A DNA stretch of 11,943 nucleotides from a virus (IMGVR_UViG_3300046359_000179:1-11943); one strand, 5' to 3'. Positions 1-6,820 are shown, counted from the stretch's first letter. Numbers and translations are program-made. Notes: generated from the sequence alone by a model not told the origin.

Positions 1-391
1 GTTCCCCAACATGTAGCTCTTGTGTTTTCTTCTTACCCGAACTATCAAAGTAAGTAAGTTCCCCTGCGGAACTATAAATGCTTTTTGAAACGGCACCAGT
101 TTTAAACGGGATCACACAGAACAAACATGGGGCGCAAACATCATCGTCATGTTCCTTTACCGAATGGTCATGCCACTGTATCTCAAAGAAACCGCCAGGA
201 ATGGCCGAATCAAAATTGCGAGACTGTTGTGGTAGGAGAGAAAATCCGAGTTCAAGGACTTCTGCGCGAATTTCATTTTCAGTTTCAGAATCAAGTTGGC
301 TCATCGGGATGAGACGGTTTACAAAATCCCCTACGGTGGTAAAGCGTTCAGGAGAATCTAGGAAATCGATTGAGGTTTTTGTGAAGTTCAT
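1..391 (-). CDS. Partial ORF (3' end outside window); possible 2OG-Fe(II) dioxygenase-like protein
   Basis: Not in the ORF track. Hand translation from ATG at 391 is open for 130 codons to the window edge: MNFTKTSIDFLDSPERF...IQWHDHSVKEHDDDVCAPCLFCVIPFKTG...SSAGELTYFDSSGKKKTQELHVGE. It has an HxD motif followed by a hydrophobic strand and a 'GEL.YF' segment. The distal His is not visible. The ORF is well supported; the function is tentative. Confidence 0.6.
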   Translation of the reverse strand, partial: MNFTKTSIDFLDSPERFTTVGDFVNRLIPMSQLDSETENEIRAEVLELGFSLLPQQSRNFDSAIPGGFFEIQWHDHSVKEHDDDVCAPCLFCVIPFKTGAVSKSIYSSAGELTYFDSSGKKKTQELHVGE

Positions 392-397
392 AAGCGA

Positions 398-413
398 ATT
401 ATACTACAGATTT
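398..413 (-). promoter_or_regulatory. Putative -10 promoter element (TGTAGTATAAT), 6 nt upstream of the ATG at 391
   Basis: Minus strand reads aaatctgtagTATAATtcgcttATG. No Shine-Dalgarno and no convincing -35. Confidence 0.5.
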
Positions 414-595
414 CGCCAAATTGCAGTTGCGGTTTTTAAATCTTTCGGAAAGAATCCTGCGGGCTGAGGCTGCGAAGAAAGTTGTTCGGGACCTGATTTA
501 GCCAGACCCCGAACTCGTGATTCTACCCAGCAAGAATTGCATGTCTGTTTTACGGCAGGCTCAGAACATTTGCAGCTTGCAAACTGAAAAGTCAT
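404..595 (-). CDS. Small Cys-containing hypothetical protein (63 aa)
   Basis: ATG overlaps the upstream stop (ATGA at 592-595). Contains CKC and CNSC motifs and is co-oriented with its neighbours. Confidence 0.55.
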   Translation of the reverse strand: MTFQFASCKCSEPAVKQTCNSCWVESRVRGLAKSGPEQLSSQPQPAGFFPKDLKTATAIWRNL

Positions 596-828
596 GGCTG
601 AACTTCAATTTCTTCGATCGTCCAGAAATCAAAGCCCGAACCACATTCTTCGCTCCACTCATCATCCCAGATATCTGGGTATTCTTCTTTAAGACGGAGG
701 AATTCCTGCTTGAGGGTTTCCTTGTGTGAAAGAACAGCCATTATTGCACACTCTTTACTAAAGTGCAAGGACAGTATGCCGGCGACAGATCCTGGCCCAT
801 CTGAGTACAATGCAGCGAAGACTTTCAT
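592..828 (-). CDS. Acidic hypothetical phage protein (78 aa)
   Basis: The track starts at a TTG (837). The ATG at 828 lies 2 nt after the upstream TGA and is the likelier start (MKVFAALYSD...). Confidence 0.75.
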   Translation of the reverse strand: MKVFAALYSDGPGSVAGILSLHFSKECAIMAVLSHKETLKQEFLRLKEEYPDIWDDEWSEECGSGFDFWTIEEIEVQP

Positions 829-830
829 GT

Positions 831-1199
831 TCACCAATCAATATTAATTAAGTAATTTCCAGGAGCAAGTTTACCTTTGGCAGCAAGATCTTCAATGATC
901 GTTGTGACGTCAGGATAGAAGTTTCTATGCCACCAAAGTTCATTGTTGTAGCTCATATTGACAGGATCGCGATCCAACCAAGCACGAAATGAAACTCCCA
1001 TTTTATCAGTGGAAGTAGTTTCTGGGATTGAAATATTTGTGTAATCCCAAGACTCACAAATCAAAGGAATACTAAATTCATATACTCCTCGATCTTTACA
1101 CCCGGCTTGCTGCTGGAATGAATATGGCTTACCATATTCGGCAACTACCATAGCATCCCATTCGGAGTCCTCGATCATATTGACAGTTTTGAATTTCAT
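831..1199 (-). CDS. Conserved-type phage hypothetical protein (122 aa)
   Basis: ATGA overlap with the upstream gene at 1196-1199. Motifs YSFQQQAGCKDRG, MGVSFRAWLDRDP and LWWHRNFYP resemble phage hypotheticals I recall (not searched). Confidence 0.85.
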   Translation of the reverse strand: MKFKTVNMIEDSEWDAMVVAEYGKPYSFQQQAGCKDRGVYEFSIPLICESWDYTNISIPETTSTDKMGVSFRAWLDRDPVNMSYNNELWWHRNFYPDVTTIIEDLAAKGKLAPGNYLINIDW

Positions 1200-1573
1200 T
1201 TCAATTCTTCTTCAGTCGGTTTACGGCATAAATTCCAAATGACTGGGGCGGATTTTGAAGTCCAAGAAGTAGTACCTTCTGCAAAAGTCATAGGGTGTCC
1301 AGTAAGGGATACACCTGCAAAATACCGTTTATGGCAATTTTCGTTATTCATAGAAACGATTACTTTGTCATCAATTTTGAAGTCATCCCATTCAGACACT
1401 TCTATGAGTTCAAGATTTGAGTTTTCGTATCGTGATACTCCATGAATATCCCAAGTGTAAATCCCATATACGTTAATTCCGATAACTGGAAAGTTTGTAT
1501 CAGGACCATCAACGCACAAAATGCGAACAGGTTCACCGTATGCGGTTTTGTATTTCTTATCCATTGAAATCAT
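1196..1573 (-). CDS. Phage hypothetical protein (125 aa), apparently two small modules
   Basis: GGGA upstream of the ATG. N-terminal 'KKYKT..G.PVRILCVDG...FPVIG' and C-terminal 'DDKVIV...KRYFAG...F..GTTSWT' segments resemble common phage hypothetical modules. Confidence 0.85.
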   Translation of the reverse strand: MISMDKKYKTAYGEPVRILCVDGPDTNFPVIGINVYGIYTWDIHGVSRYENSNLELIEVSEWDDFKIDDKVIVSMNNENCHKRYFAGVSLTGHPMTFAEGTTSWTSKSAPVIWNLCRKPTEEELK

Positions 1574-1587
1574 ATAAGTTCCCAGTT

Positions 1588-2004
1588 TTAATCAGACTCG
1601 GGATCATCAACAGTATTCAAAATGCCAAGCATGGCTTTTGCAACCGTGATGGCGTCTTCCTTGTTGTCAAAAATCAACCCACGATCAAAAAGCCGCCTTG
1701 AGTATTCATGACTTGAGTATTCATGGTCCTGCCAATCAAACCAACCATAAAATGTTTCGACGGTAATATCCGGATAAAAACAAGATGCGCCACGTTTAGG
1801 CCACACGGTCATCGGACCAGGAACCTCAATCCCATTGATAATTTGTGTCTTTGGTTTCAATCGGTATTCGGAGCGATAGTCCAAATCACGGAGAGACAGA
1901 ATGTCAGCCCATTCTCCTGATGACATTCTGTACTGAACTCCTTTACCTAAAGCAAAGGCCAAAATGTATTCGCAATTTCTGTGTTTCATAGTTTGATGTT
2001 TCAT
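1588..2004 (-). CDS. Phage hypothetical protein (138 aa; alternative start at 1989)
   Basis: Long ORF with a 'YRLKPKTQIINGIEVPGP...GLIF..KEDA...AKAM' pattern typical of phage hypotheticals. The start is duplicated by a 15-nt-period repeat. Confidence 0.85.
   Translation of the reverse strand: MKHQTMKHRNCEYILAFALGKGVQYRMSSGEWADILSLRDLDYRSEYRLKPKTQIINGIEVPGPMTVWPKRGASCFYPDITVETFYGWFDWQDHEYSSHEYSRRLFDRGLIFDNKEDAITVAKAMLGILNTVDDPESD
1697..1725. repeat. In-frame tandem duplication (14-nt unit, period 15) encoding HEYSS/HEYSR
   Basis: cttgagtattcatg occurs at 1697-1710 and 1712-1725. Confidence 0.9.
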
Positions 2005-2009
2005 AGTTT
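1982..2009. repeat. Tandem duplication (13-nt unit, period 15) spanning the start codon
   Basis: tgtttcatagttt occurs at 1982-1994 and 1997-2009, giving MKHQT-MKHRN. Confidence 0.9.
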
Positions 2010-2015
2010 AAAACG

Positions 2016-2021
2016 ATTATA
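2016..2021 (-). promoter_or_regulatory. Putative -10 element TATAAT in the intergenic gap
   Basis: TATAAT lies 11 nt upstream of the ATG at 2004. TTGAAT is only 14 nt upstream, too close for a canonical -35. Confidence 0.35.
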
Positions 2022-2079
2022 ATGTATGCACTATTATTCAATTTTGATTAAAGCTGCTCTGAAAGTAAATTTCCCAATT

Positions 2080-2598
2080 TCAAATTCCTAAAACTTTCGC
2101 GACTTGTTCAACCCTAGATCGAACGGGTCCAGTCAAAACATTATACGGTATTTTGTGCGCCTCTAAGTAATCTTCGTAAAATTTTTCTTGCAGCAAGCTA
2201 AACTCTTCAGGACCCCTAGTGCCGTCATTCACAAATGGAAAATCCCGCTTGCATAAAAACACAAAATCATAGTTCCGATTTTCAGCTTGTTCAGTAATTG
2301 ACATATCAACATAATTGTACCATACGTTAGAATAAAACATCGTTACTAACGGAGTAGTATCACAAACCACAAAATCAATACTATTCTCTTTAGCATGAAG
2401 AACCGCTTTATCCTCCATGCGACATTGCACAGAACAAATATGACGCATATCGTCTTTGTTATAAATGTTCCCAATAAACTGGCCAAGAATGCGTCCATAT
2501 TCTTGAACAACGGGGATTTCCAAAGACTGTGAAAGCGCATTTGCAAGAGTTGTCTTCCCAGAAGACTCTCCACCAATAAGAGCGATTTTTAAAGTCAT
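2080..2598 (-). CDS. nadR: NadR-type ribosylnicotinamide kinase (P-loop, AAA_28-like), stand-alone
   Basis: Walker A GGESSGKT, EYGR, CDTTPL and YDFVFL...DFPFVNDGTR are characteristic of the NadR kinase domain. Located next to an NMNAT gene and pnuC. Confidence 0.9.
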   Translation of the reverse strand: MTLKIALIGGESSGKTTLANALSQSLEIPVVQEYGRILGQFIGNIYNKDDMRHICSVQCRMEDKAVLHAKENSIDFVVCDTTPLVTMFYSNVWYNYVDMSITEQAENRNYDFVFLCKRDFPFVNDGTRGPEEFSLLQEKFYEDYLEAHKIPYNVLTGPVRSRVEQVAKVLGI

Positions 2599-3122
2599 AG
2601 TTTGATTTCCGTTTCACAAATTCGAACGTCATTTTTATCAATGACTGCTTTCAACATGATCTTTCTTACATCTGTATGAATGAACTGATGATGTATTGTA
2701 CTGTCATTTCTTAGCAAAGTTGCACTAATGGGAACATTTTTTCGTGCTTTGTCGACTTCAAAATGCTTGACTGGCTTGCCCGATCTTTTTGAAAGATATG
2801 CTGCGAATCCAACGCCATAATCTTCAGATGTAAACACAATATCAGGAAGCATATTTGCAATCTTTGCTATTTGAAAACAGAATTCCCTATGAACATCTTC
2901 TCCCCCAAAGTCGTCGGGTATTCCTTCAGTTGGCATAATTACGGTGGCAGTTGGAAACCGAGATGCTAACATCTTTTTCCTAACACTTGCTGAGAACCCA
3001 AGATCCCTAGAAGTGTAAGAAATGATTAGCAGTTGGTCAACTTTTTCAAGCGCAGTGTTAATCAGCAGCTCGTGGCCAAAGTGCAACGGGCAAAATTTTC
3101 CAACCACCAATCCAATTGTCAT
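2595..3122 (-). CDS. nadR: NadR-type NMN adenylyltransferase (HxGH cytidylyltransferase family), stand-alone
   Basis: GLVVGKFCPLHFGH (HxGH), VFTSEDYG and the C-terminal ISAT.LR motif. ATGA overlaps on both sides. Confidence 0.9.
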   Translation of the reverse strand: MTIGLVVGKFCPLHFGHELLINTALEKVDQLLIISYTSRDLGFSASVRKKMLASRFPTATVIMPTEGIPDDFGGEDVHREFCFQIAKIANMLPDIVFTSEDYGVGFAAYLSKRSGKPVKHFEVDKARKNVPISATLLRNDSTIHHQFIHTDVRKIMLKAVIDKNDVRICETEIKL

Positions 3123-3553
3123 TTTACTTCTGCGCCCAAGAGTTCAGATTTAACAGACCCGTCATCATTGACATACACTGTATCGTTTAGATTTAAACCT
3201 CTTACCCCAGTCTCAAATTTAAAAGTAAATGCTTTTCCAGCGTGGATGACCCTGCTCGTGTGGCCCGAAGCTTGCGCAGAATACGAACCCGGGTTAAGTT
3301 TGGTCTCAACGGTTTCAGGCTCTTTAGCTTCTTGCGAAACTGGCTTTCCCAAGACTTTTGAACGAACCGAACCATCACCATCAACAGTAATGGCGTCAGG
3401 TACATTAAAACCCTTGACATAATTTTCGAATTTAAATACGAATGTTTTATCCCGATAGACAACTCGACTTTCGTTGCCTGATGCAATTGCGGGGTAAGTC
3501 CCAACTTGAAGGTTATCGCCGTTAAGTGATGATAATAAATTATACACGTTCAT
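3119..3553 (-). CDS. Unknown 144-aa protein made of two ~59-aa beta-rich repeats
   Basis: ATG at 3553 has GGAG 7 nt upstream; the track's extension to 3673 overlaps pnuC by about 130 nt and is unlikely. The internal repeats align at 29/59 identity by hand. Confidence 0.85.
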   Translation of the reverse strand: MNVYNLLSSLNGDNLQVGTYPAIASGNESRVVYRDKTFVFKFENYVKGFNVPDAITVDGDGSVRSKVLGKPVSQEAKEPETVETKLNPGSYSAQASGHTSRVIHAGKAFTFKFETGVRGLNLNDTVYVNDDGSVKSELLGAEVK

Positions 3554-4160
3554 TGTTTTGCTCCGTAATAATGATTTTCCATTTGTGCCATGCCCACCAA
3601 GCATGAACCCAAAATGCTGTGTACATGATTGCAGTAGGATACAATTCTCGACTCCAATAAAGGGGAACTGCAACAGTGTTTACCAGGATCCAGAATGGCC
3701 AGTTTTCAAGTTTTCGGCGCATTAGGAGTAATTGTGCAACAACGCTAAATGTCAACACTAAACTGTCAACAAATGGTGCATAAGCCGTAGTAAATGTCTT
3801 TAGAAGTACGCCATAACAGATCGCAACAGATACTGCGCCAATAAACATGATCAGAGAAGATTTAGTCGTGGCTTTAGAAATCTTCTCGCTTGGTTCAATG
3901 AATGAAACCTTCCAATCAGGATTGGCCCAGCTGTACCAACCAATAAACCCTGTTAGTACAAAGAACATTTGCAACGACACGTCTGCAAAGAGGTTGAACT
4001 GATAAAACAGCATAGCATACAATATCGTGCCGATAATCCCAATCCACCAAGAATGGACACTGTTACGACCGGCTAAAAATACGCAGAGAACAGTTGCAAA
4101 AATTGCAGACCATTCAAGCCCGCTTACGTTCAAAAAAGCAGTAAAAATTTGATCAAACAT
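3540..4160 (-). CDS. pnuC: Nicotinamide riboside transporter PnuC (206 aa)
   Basis: Multiple transmembrane segments with LEW.A, W.IGIIG, LQ.FF...GFIGWY.W, DSLVLTFSVVAQLLL.RRKLENW.FWILVN motifs. ATG at 4160 is preceded by GAGGA. Confidence 0.95.
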   Translation of the reverse strand: MFDQIFTAFLNVSGLEWSAIFATVLCVFLAGRNSVHSWWIGIIGTILYAMLFYQFNLFADVSLQMFFVLTGFIGWYSWANPDWKVSFIEPSEKISKATTKSSLIMFIGAVSVAICYGVLLKTFTTAYAPFVDSLVLTFSVVAQLLLMRRKLENWPFWILVNTVAVPLYWSRELYPTAIMYTAFWVHAWWAWHKWKIIITEQNNERV

Positions 4161-4175
4161 AAAATTCCTCACAGT

Positions 4176-4344
4176 TCAAAATTGATTTATCAACCCGTAG
4201 ATCCGGGCAAAAAGGCATCCTATTGGCCTATTGGCCTATTGTTCGATCCAATGCCCCAATTACGTCATGTAAAGGCGTGAAATTGCAAATTGCTGATAAG
4301 GCAACCCAGCGAACAACGCCATCAACATAATTGTCGAGTGACAC
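4176..4344 (-). pseudogene. Possible small ORF (GTG start) truncated by the 8-bp repeat
   Basis: AGGGGA SD lies 9 nt before the GTG at 4344. The frame is open for 38 codons to a TAG inside the repeat (4228-4230). With one repeat copy it would give 50 aa ending at TGA 4176-4178, 15 nt before the pnuC ATG. An alternative 28-aa ORF from ATG 4346 shares the SD. Confidence 0.35.
4219..4241. repeat. 8-bp tandem repeat x3 (cctattgg; third copy 7/8)
   Basis: cctattgg cctattgg cctattg read directly. Confidence 0.9.
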
Positions 4345-4350
4345 ATGTAA

Positions 4351-4390
4351 AAATCCCCTGAAATGTATTGTACTACAAATTCAGGGATTT
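4351..4390 (-). terminator. Imperfect hairpin, terminator-like, after the 127-aa gene; overlaps a -10-like motif and an SD
   Basis: Minus strand: aaatccctgaa-tt-tgta-gtacaa-taca-t-ttcaggggattt-tt. One bulged G and a short U tail. Confidence 0.5.
4367..4382 (-). promoter_or_regulatory. Putative promoter for the pnuC cassette (gaatttgtagTACAAT)
   Basis: 14/16 identical to the motif at 6848-6863 and 13/16 to that at 398-413. Confidence 0.5.
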
Positions 4391-4407
4391 CCTAATGCTT
4401 TAAAGAA

Positions 4408-4791
4408 TTACAGCATTTTTTCCAGTTCCTCGATGCTCATATCTGCCAGTGCAGCATCCTTTTTATTCTGGATCAATTCCATGATGCGCTGTTTCTTAGC
4501 AGCAGTTTCACGTGCTGCATCCCGAATATTCTTTTCTTCGAGCTTAACCGCAATGATGTGCTTAACAACTTCGATTTGAGCTTCTAGAAGACTGTTGCTT
4601 TCGGTTTTGACTTCAACAAAAGAGGGTACGCTGCTAGCTTGGATTTCCTTGTGAAGTTGGCGAGCAACCCCATCTAGAGAAACGCCTGTGCTAGAAGTCA
4701 GCGGAAGTGCCCACAGATCTTCGGTAGTGATAAGACCTATTTTCGACGAAAAACGGAAACCTTGGCGAGTTGCTTGTTCAAAAATGTTCAT
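4408..4791 (-). CDS. Conserved helical/coiled-coil phage protein (127 aa), partner of the upstream 670-aa gene
   Basis: AAGGA SD. 'MNIFEQA.R..FRF.S..G..T.EDLW.LPL' N-terminus and a charged helical C-terminus (KKQRIMELIQNKKD...S.EEL). Confidence 0.9.
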   Translation of the reverse strand: MNIFEQATRQGFRFSSKIGLITTEDLWALPLTSSTGVSLDGVARQLHKEIQASSVPSFVEVKTESNSLLEAQIEVVKHIIAVKLEEKNIRDAARETAAKKQRIMELIQNKKDAALADMSIEELEKML

Positions 4792-4807
4792 GACTTTTCC
4801 TTTAAAA

Positions 4808-6820
4808 TTAAAAAACGATGTTAATAACGCGTGCAGTTTTACCAGTTACCCGGCATACTACCTTATTTTCAACTGTACTGGAGAATCCAACTCCGCTCAA
4901 TTGATCCTTCGTGAAGCTTGGCTTATTCTTACTTGCCAAAAGTTCAAATACTTTGCGGTGTGCATCCAAATCGCTGCGCAAGAATTCATTATAAAAGCCT
5001 CGCGAGGTTTCGTCATTCTCGCAGCCCTCAAGCATAAAGAAGTAATGTTTATTACCGACCTGTTGCTGCCAATAATTCGGTGACAACATCATTGCGTGAA
5101 CCTTCACAAATTCATTCGTTGAGATGCCCCAAACAGTTTGTTTCTTTGCAACACCTTTTGACCCCTCAATATCAATATTGCCTTTACCGTCAGAAGTCAG
5201 GATCGCAACTTCGGTATTGATTCCGCTTCGACCATTATCTTGAAATTCAAAAGAGTGAATTGTCCCCAGAATCTGAATCTGAACGGTAAATCCTTTATTG
5301 GTTTCCTCTCGGCGCGACCACTGATTTACGTACAGACGATATTTTCCGGCCTTCATAGTCTTGGCGTTTGAGAAGAAAATATTTTCAACTGGTTGACGCG
5401 TAGTTCCGAATGCAGCATTCATGTCGATGTCTAGTTTACCGCCCGAACGGGCGGTACGAGTGCGGAATGAAATTTCATTACCACATGGGCAGATCAAATG
5501 CAAATCCAAATCATCATAATTAGACCAAGCCAAACGGCAGCAAACGTCTGCATCTACGTTGCCTCCTGCGGCTTTCACACGTTCCTTGATGGCATCAGCA
5601 GTTTCGCCGCGATAAGACCAGCTAAAGTTGTTGTCCCATTTGAAAATTCGCTCTGCAGTTGCATCGTCCGCTGTCACCAAGCTAACCATTTGATTGGCGT
5701 GCTTATTATCTAGCAGCAACTCAATAGAAGTTGCTGTTGGCAGGTACTCGGCAATAAACTTTTCGATAGGTACGTCTTGTAATTTGTCCAGCTTTTTAGG
5801 AGCCGAAGAAGCCGTTGCTGACAAGTCTGCAAACACACTACCAGACAAATCAGCTTTAATAGAGCGATCTGCGAACAGCACATCATTAATGGACACATCA
5901 GACAGGGAAGCAAACCGACGACTAAAAGCACTCATTAGCCCAAGTTCTTGAACCTTTTCTTTGGCCTGATTAATCATTTTTTCAGTTACCAAAGCGGTTG
6001 GCCGCTTGTAATTGTGCGGTGCTACCACAGTTTCAAATGCTTTAACAGCAGTCTCGAGATCCATGCCTTTGCTTAGGTTATTCAGCAGGGTTCCAATTGC
6101 GCTGTTGTTAATTCGGGCGACTGCGGCATTGGTGGTAGCAGATTTTTCCCATGAAAACAATTCTTTATTTTCGGCTTTATCAAAAGCTTGTTTCAACGTT
6201 AGGAAGGAAGACACTGCAAACTTCTGTTCAGCTCCACGATATAGCGTATTCTGAGCAATCAGCTCCAATACGGTTTCCAAGGAATCGACTGTAAGCTCTG
6301 TCAAACCACGATGAAATACATGACGAGTAGATTCAAATTCACTCTTTTTAGGACCAATATTCTTTTCCGAAGCCTGCAGGCTTCGTGGAATTGTCAAGTA
6401 AAAGTGATCGTGGGGGATAACTTCATTGCCACCCGCCTTTTCAAAATTGCGTTCAATGCCAAATTTTGGTTCTGCGGTCAAAAACACGCCAGAAATATCA
6501 CATGACCGTACGTAAGCTGCAAGAGCATTTGAAACTTGTTGATATTCTGGTTCGCCTTTGATGAGCGCATCCCAAATTGTATACACTTTACCGTCTTTAA
6601 TGGCAACAGCACCTCCTACTTGGCGAATAACTGCTTTACAGCAATTACAGTCGTGCTCTGTTTTAACTTTGTAAACTGGGTTCGAACCTTCTGGGAAGGA
6701 CGAAAGATATACTTCCCAAATTTTGGTTTTGTCAATATTTGCTTGAAACAGTACTGCTCCATCAGCAGTCATGTCTTTGAATGTTTTAGCAACTGCAGCC
6801 CGAAAGTTTACAAAGTTCAT
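4808..6820 (-). CDS. 670-aa conserved phage protein with N-terminal HDCNCC motif and a YfaP/DUF2135-like domain
   Basis: Strong SD (AAGAGG). EHDCNCC near the N-terminus. The segment LAWSNYDDLDLHLICPCGNEISF...GGKLDIDMN...PVENIFF matches the DLDLH..P.G...GG.LD.D...PENI signature of YfaP/DUF2135. Confidence 0.9.
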   Translation of the reverse strand: MNFVNFRAAVAKTFKDMTADGAVLFQANIDKTKIWEVYLSSFPEGSNPVYKVKTEHDCNCCKAVIRQVGGAVAIKDGKVYTIWDALIKGEPEYQQVSNALAAYVRSCDISGVFLTAEPKFGIERNFEKAGGNEVIPHDHFYLTIPRSLQASEKNIGPKKSEFESTRHVFHRGLTELTVDSLETVLELIAQNTLYRGAEQKFAVSSFLTLKQAFDKAENKELFSWEKSATTNAAVARINNSAIGTLLNNLSKGMDLETAVKAFETVVAPHNYKRPTALVTEKMINQAKEKVQELGLMSAFSRRFASLSDVSINDVLFADRSIKADLSGSVFADLSATASSAPKKLDKLQDVPIEKFIAEYLPTATSIELLLDNKHANQMVSLVTADDATAERIFKWDNNFSWSYRGETADAIKERVKAAGGNVDADVCCRLAWSNYDDLDLHLICPCGNEISFRTRTARSGGKLDIDMNAAFGTTRQPVENIFFSNAKTMKAGKYRLYVNQWSRREETNKGFTVQIQILGTIHSFEFQDNGRSGINTEVAILTSDGKGNIDIEGSKGVAKKQTVWGISTNEFVKVHAMMLSPNYWQQQVGNKHYFFMLEGCENDETSRGFYNEFLRSDLDAHRKVFELLASKNKPSFTKDQLSGVGFSSTVENKVVCRVTGKTARVINIVF

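Noticed and set aside
2590-2605. Programmed frameshift re-fusing NMNAT and kinase
   Set aside because: No slippery heptamer at the junction; the ATGA overlap is explained by translational coupling.
3554-3673. 40-aa N-terminal extension of the two-repeat protein given by the track
   Set aside because: It overlaps pnuC extensively, and the ATG at 3553 has its own GGAG SD.
4161-4350. Riboswitch or NadR/NrtR operator upstream of pnuC
   Set aside because: Only weak stems (ggcat/atgcc, cccg/cggg) and no operator palindrome I can recognise. An Infernal/Rfam scan would be decisive.
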